Source: an uncultured bacterium
GTDB lineage: Bacteria; Babelota; Babeliae; Babelales; Babelaceae
Assembly: GCA_963722385.1 (NCBI GenBank)
Contig: CAVRKK010000002.1
Span: 352,001 to 416,000 of the forward strand
DNA length: 64,000 bases
Direction of reading: 5' to 3'
Part shown: piece by piece, positions 61,467 to 64,000 of the stretch
How positions within the stretch are numbered: the stretch's first letter is position 1
How the letters are laid out: every line of letters starts with the position of its first letter
The notes under the pieces: model-generated
Seen by the model: the letters and a program-made list of their open reading frames with translations, nothing else
Databases searched by the model: none
What the model was told of the DNA's origin: nothing
Translations under genes and position numbers: made by a program

Positions 61467-64000
61467 TTATTGACAGCAACAATGTGCATCTTTTTTTTCA
61501 AAGATACCTTTTCCATGAAACCAATCAACTAAGGCGCGGCCGTTTTGCGCCTTAGTTGCATAATCTACAGGTCGATTACCATACTTATCTTCCAAAGAAG
61601 CACGAGCTCCATGATCTATAAGCCATTGTACGACTTTAAGATGTCCCATACAAGCTGCATAATGTATTGATTGCCTACCCTCATCATCTTCACTTAGAAT
61701 ATCGGCTCCCCGCTCCACTAGCCATTGCACAAGTTCACAATTACCACTTTGAGCGGCATAATGTATTACTCGGCTTCCATGCTTATTAACCGCAAAGATA
61801 TCAGCACCATTTTCATAAATCCATCGCATTACACCAAAATTACCTACCAATGCCGCATAATGTGCTAAATGCATACCTTCATCATCAAGGGCTATTGCAT
61901 GATCATTCAGTTCTACTAAACGCCTTAGTATCTTTAAGCATTTCTCGGTCCTCTCGTACCAATACTTAAATATAAGGTGAACCAAATTTGAACTTTGCTT
62001 TGTAGAGCTTAGCAAATAATCAAAAGACTTTTTGTTAACTTCTAATGCTAATTCTATCGGCGTTACACCCTCATCATTTTTAGCACAAGGATCCGCGCCA
62101 TGCTGCACAAGATATTCTGCTATCTTTGCCCAATCACAGGCAGCATAATGGAGCGCTGTCCACTTCCCCTTCTTGCGACAATTAACGTCAACTCCTTGTC
62201 TAATCAACCATTCAACTAAATCCTGATGGCCATTTCCCGCGGCCACACGCAAAAGTTTACCTCCATGTTCCTTTACAAAAGACTTTTCGTCCTCTTTTAG
62301 CAAAAGTTGTACCAGTGCTAAATGCCCACGTGCTGCTGCAAGACGTACTAGCCTCTTTTTATCTTTAGGGGATAATGTAGCTTTTTGCCCAAGGAACCAT
62401 TGTACCACTTCTAAGTGTCCCCTTCTAACTGCTAAATACAAAGGATATTTTTCACCTTGAAGATATCTTTCAGCTTCAATAGAAGCACCACGATCAACAA
62501 GTAATATAATTATTTCCAACAATCCCTTATAAGCTGCTATATGTATTGGCTGATTTCGAGAAAACTCTTTTGCAGAAACATCTACACCCTGATCAAGAAG
62601 CCATCGCACTACTTCAATCGCTCCTCCCAAACAAGCATAATGAATCGGCTGACTATTTACGTGATCTGTTTCACAAATATTAGCACCGTTTTGCTGCATC
62701 ATTTTAAGAACTTCTAAGTCGCCATTGTGTGCAGCATAATGTATAGCTTTTATCTTAATTTCGTCCGCAGCTTTTAATATACTACATGCAATGCGCACTG
62801 AGGCCGCACTAGACACATCACTACCCGTTTCCGTTGATCCTTCTAAAGATAAAGCCTCTTTTGTTCTTCTTAATAGGTCTTCTAAGCAGCGAGGACCGGC
62901 AACATTACTCGCATAAAAATAATCCTTATCTTTATTGGCTATAAACCATTGCTCAACAGGCTCTAGATCAAGCGGAAAATCATAGCAAAGCGCCTGAAGA
63001 ATAATATATTCAGCTAAACCTGCATTTCTACGTTGAAATGCCTCTAGAAGCTCCTGACCCCAAACATCAGCAATAGCCCTTTCTCGAACAAGTAGTTGCA
63101 TTATTGTAATTTGATTATTCCACAAAGCTATATGTAGAGGACTCCAACCCATAGGCTCAATTTGGGCATTAACAGAAGCACCTTTTTTCAAAAGCAGTCG
63201 TACCATGTCTTCATTCCCCATCTCTACGGCTCTATGGATCACTTGGTAGCCATCATAATCTATCGCATCAATCGGCGCACCTTGAGTAATAAGCCACTCT
63301 ACAAGCTCCTGATCACCCAATGATACGGCAATATGCAATGGTCGTTTACCTCCATAACCTGGAGCAGAAATATGAGCACCACTTTCCACAAGTTCTGCTA
63401 TCATTCCAACATCACGATCTCGTGTTGCATAATGTATAGATTGATCAAAAGAATCAACTAAAGAGACAGTCTCACTATTGTCTTTATAGCACTCTAGAGC
63501 TTTAATTCTAAGGTCTAGACTATCATCATCCAGTTTTATAATTATTTCATCATTTACTATTTTGAATGGCTTTTCTAGCGATGAAAAACTAAATTTTCTT
63601 ACCCTTACTACCTTTTGTTTGTGCACTATAACCTTTAAAAGTTCGTTATCGCTCAACCATAATGCATAATGTATCGGTCGCCTGGTGTAGTAATTAGCGG
63701 GAACTCTTCTAGTATACTTCTCATCAGCAAAATCTAATAAATCCCCAAACTCCTCCAAATTAGTATATTCAGAAACAGTGTATGTTGGCTCATCAAAGAC
63801 CGGAGCACGACAGTCAGAAAACAAGCCACCTTCGACCTTATTCACATAATGAACTATACGTTCTACCAATTCATACGGCAAAGCTACAATATTACCAAAT
63901 GGAACTTCAAAAGGCGAGTTAAGAATCCTTTTAGCTCTTAATACTCTTCCTATCCGTACAACTAATTTCAACAGTGACTTATAGCTATCCTTTTTTTCTC
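61467..64000 (-). CDS. Large ankyrin-repeat protein with F-box-like motif and C-terminal CaaX (CCCQ); 5' end beyond window
   Basis: Many ankyrin repeats; frame stays open from 63971 to window end (EKKDSYKSL). Confidence 0.88.
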   Translation of the reverse strand, partial: EKKDSYKSLLKLVVRIGRVLRAKRILNSPFEVPFGNIVALPYELVERIVHYVNKVEGGLFSDCRAPVFDEPTYTVSEYTNLEEFGDLLDFADEKYTRRVPANYYTRRPIHYALWLSDNELLKVIVHKQKVVRVRKFSFSSLEKPFKIVNDEIIIKLDDDSLDLRIKALECYKDNSETVSLVDSFDQSIHYATRDRDVGMIAELVESGAHISAPGYGGKRPLHIAVSLGDQELVEWLITQGAPIDAIDYDGYQVIHRAVEMGNEDMVRLLLKKGASVNAQIEPMGWSPLHIALWNNQITIMQLLVRERAIADVWGQELLEAFQRRNAGLAEYIILQALCYDFPLDLEPVEQWFIANKDKDYFYASNVAGPRCLEDLLRRTKEALSLEGSTETGSDVSSAASVRIACSILKAADEIKIKAIHYAAHNGDLEVLKMMQQNGANICETDHVNSQPIHYACLGGAIEVVRWLLDQGVDVSAKEFSRNQPIHIAAYKGLLEIIILLVDRGASIEAERYLQGEKYPLYLAVRRGHLEVVQWFLGQKATLSPKDKKRLVRLAAARGHLALVQLLLKEDEKSFVKEHGGKLLRVAAGNGHQDLVEWLIRQGVDVNCRKKGKWTALHYAACDWAKIAEYLVQHGADPCAKNDEGVTPIELALEVNKKSFDYLLSSTKQSSNLVHLIFKYWYERTEKCLKILRRLVELNDHAIALDDEGMHLAHYAALVGNFGVMRWIYENGADIFAVNKHGSRVIHYAAQSGNCELVQWLVERGADILSEDDEGRQSIHYAACMGHLKVVQWLIDHGARASLEDKYGNRPVDYATKAQNGRALVDWFHGKGIFEKKDAHCCCQ

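Overview
Bacterial chromosomal window of moderate-to-low GC. The gene content suggests an intracellular parasite of protists, probably Ca. Dependentiae/Babeliae (TM6); this taxonomy is my inference from many signal-peptide ankyrin proteins, repeat-rich surface proteins and sparse housekeeping genes. Housekeeping genes are zwf-gnd, ndk-rpsA, brnQ-leuS-tag, two S49 peptidases, an FKBP and a ComEC-like gene. Accessory DNA holds: (i) a CdiA-like haemagglutinin-repeat/PT-TG polymorphic toxin with a coupled immunity gene but no recognisable TPS domain or transporter; (ii) four membrane-anchored beta-propeller proteins with blade counts in multiples of 7 and a conserved G[ST]V-N-Y tail; (iii) three delta-60 propeller proteins; (iv) a BclA-like collagen protein plus an orphan paralogous C-terminal domain; (v) ankyrin effector candidates with F-box-like and CaaX motifs and a shared 'signal peptide + Met-Glu' start; (vi) a duplicated 1353-aa glycine-zipper protein. 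Elements missing from the ORF track include a group IIC intron 5' fragment after a terminator, an orphan IS200/IS605 right end (TnpB omega-RNA-like) and a fused hipB/hipA/vapC relic. Family assignments come from motif recognition only; no searches were run.
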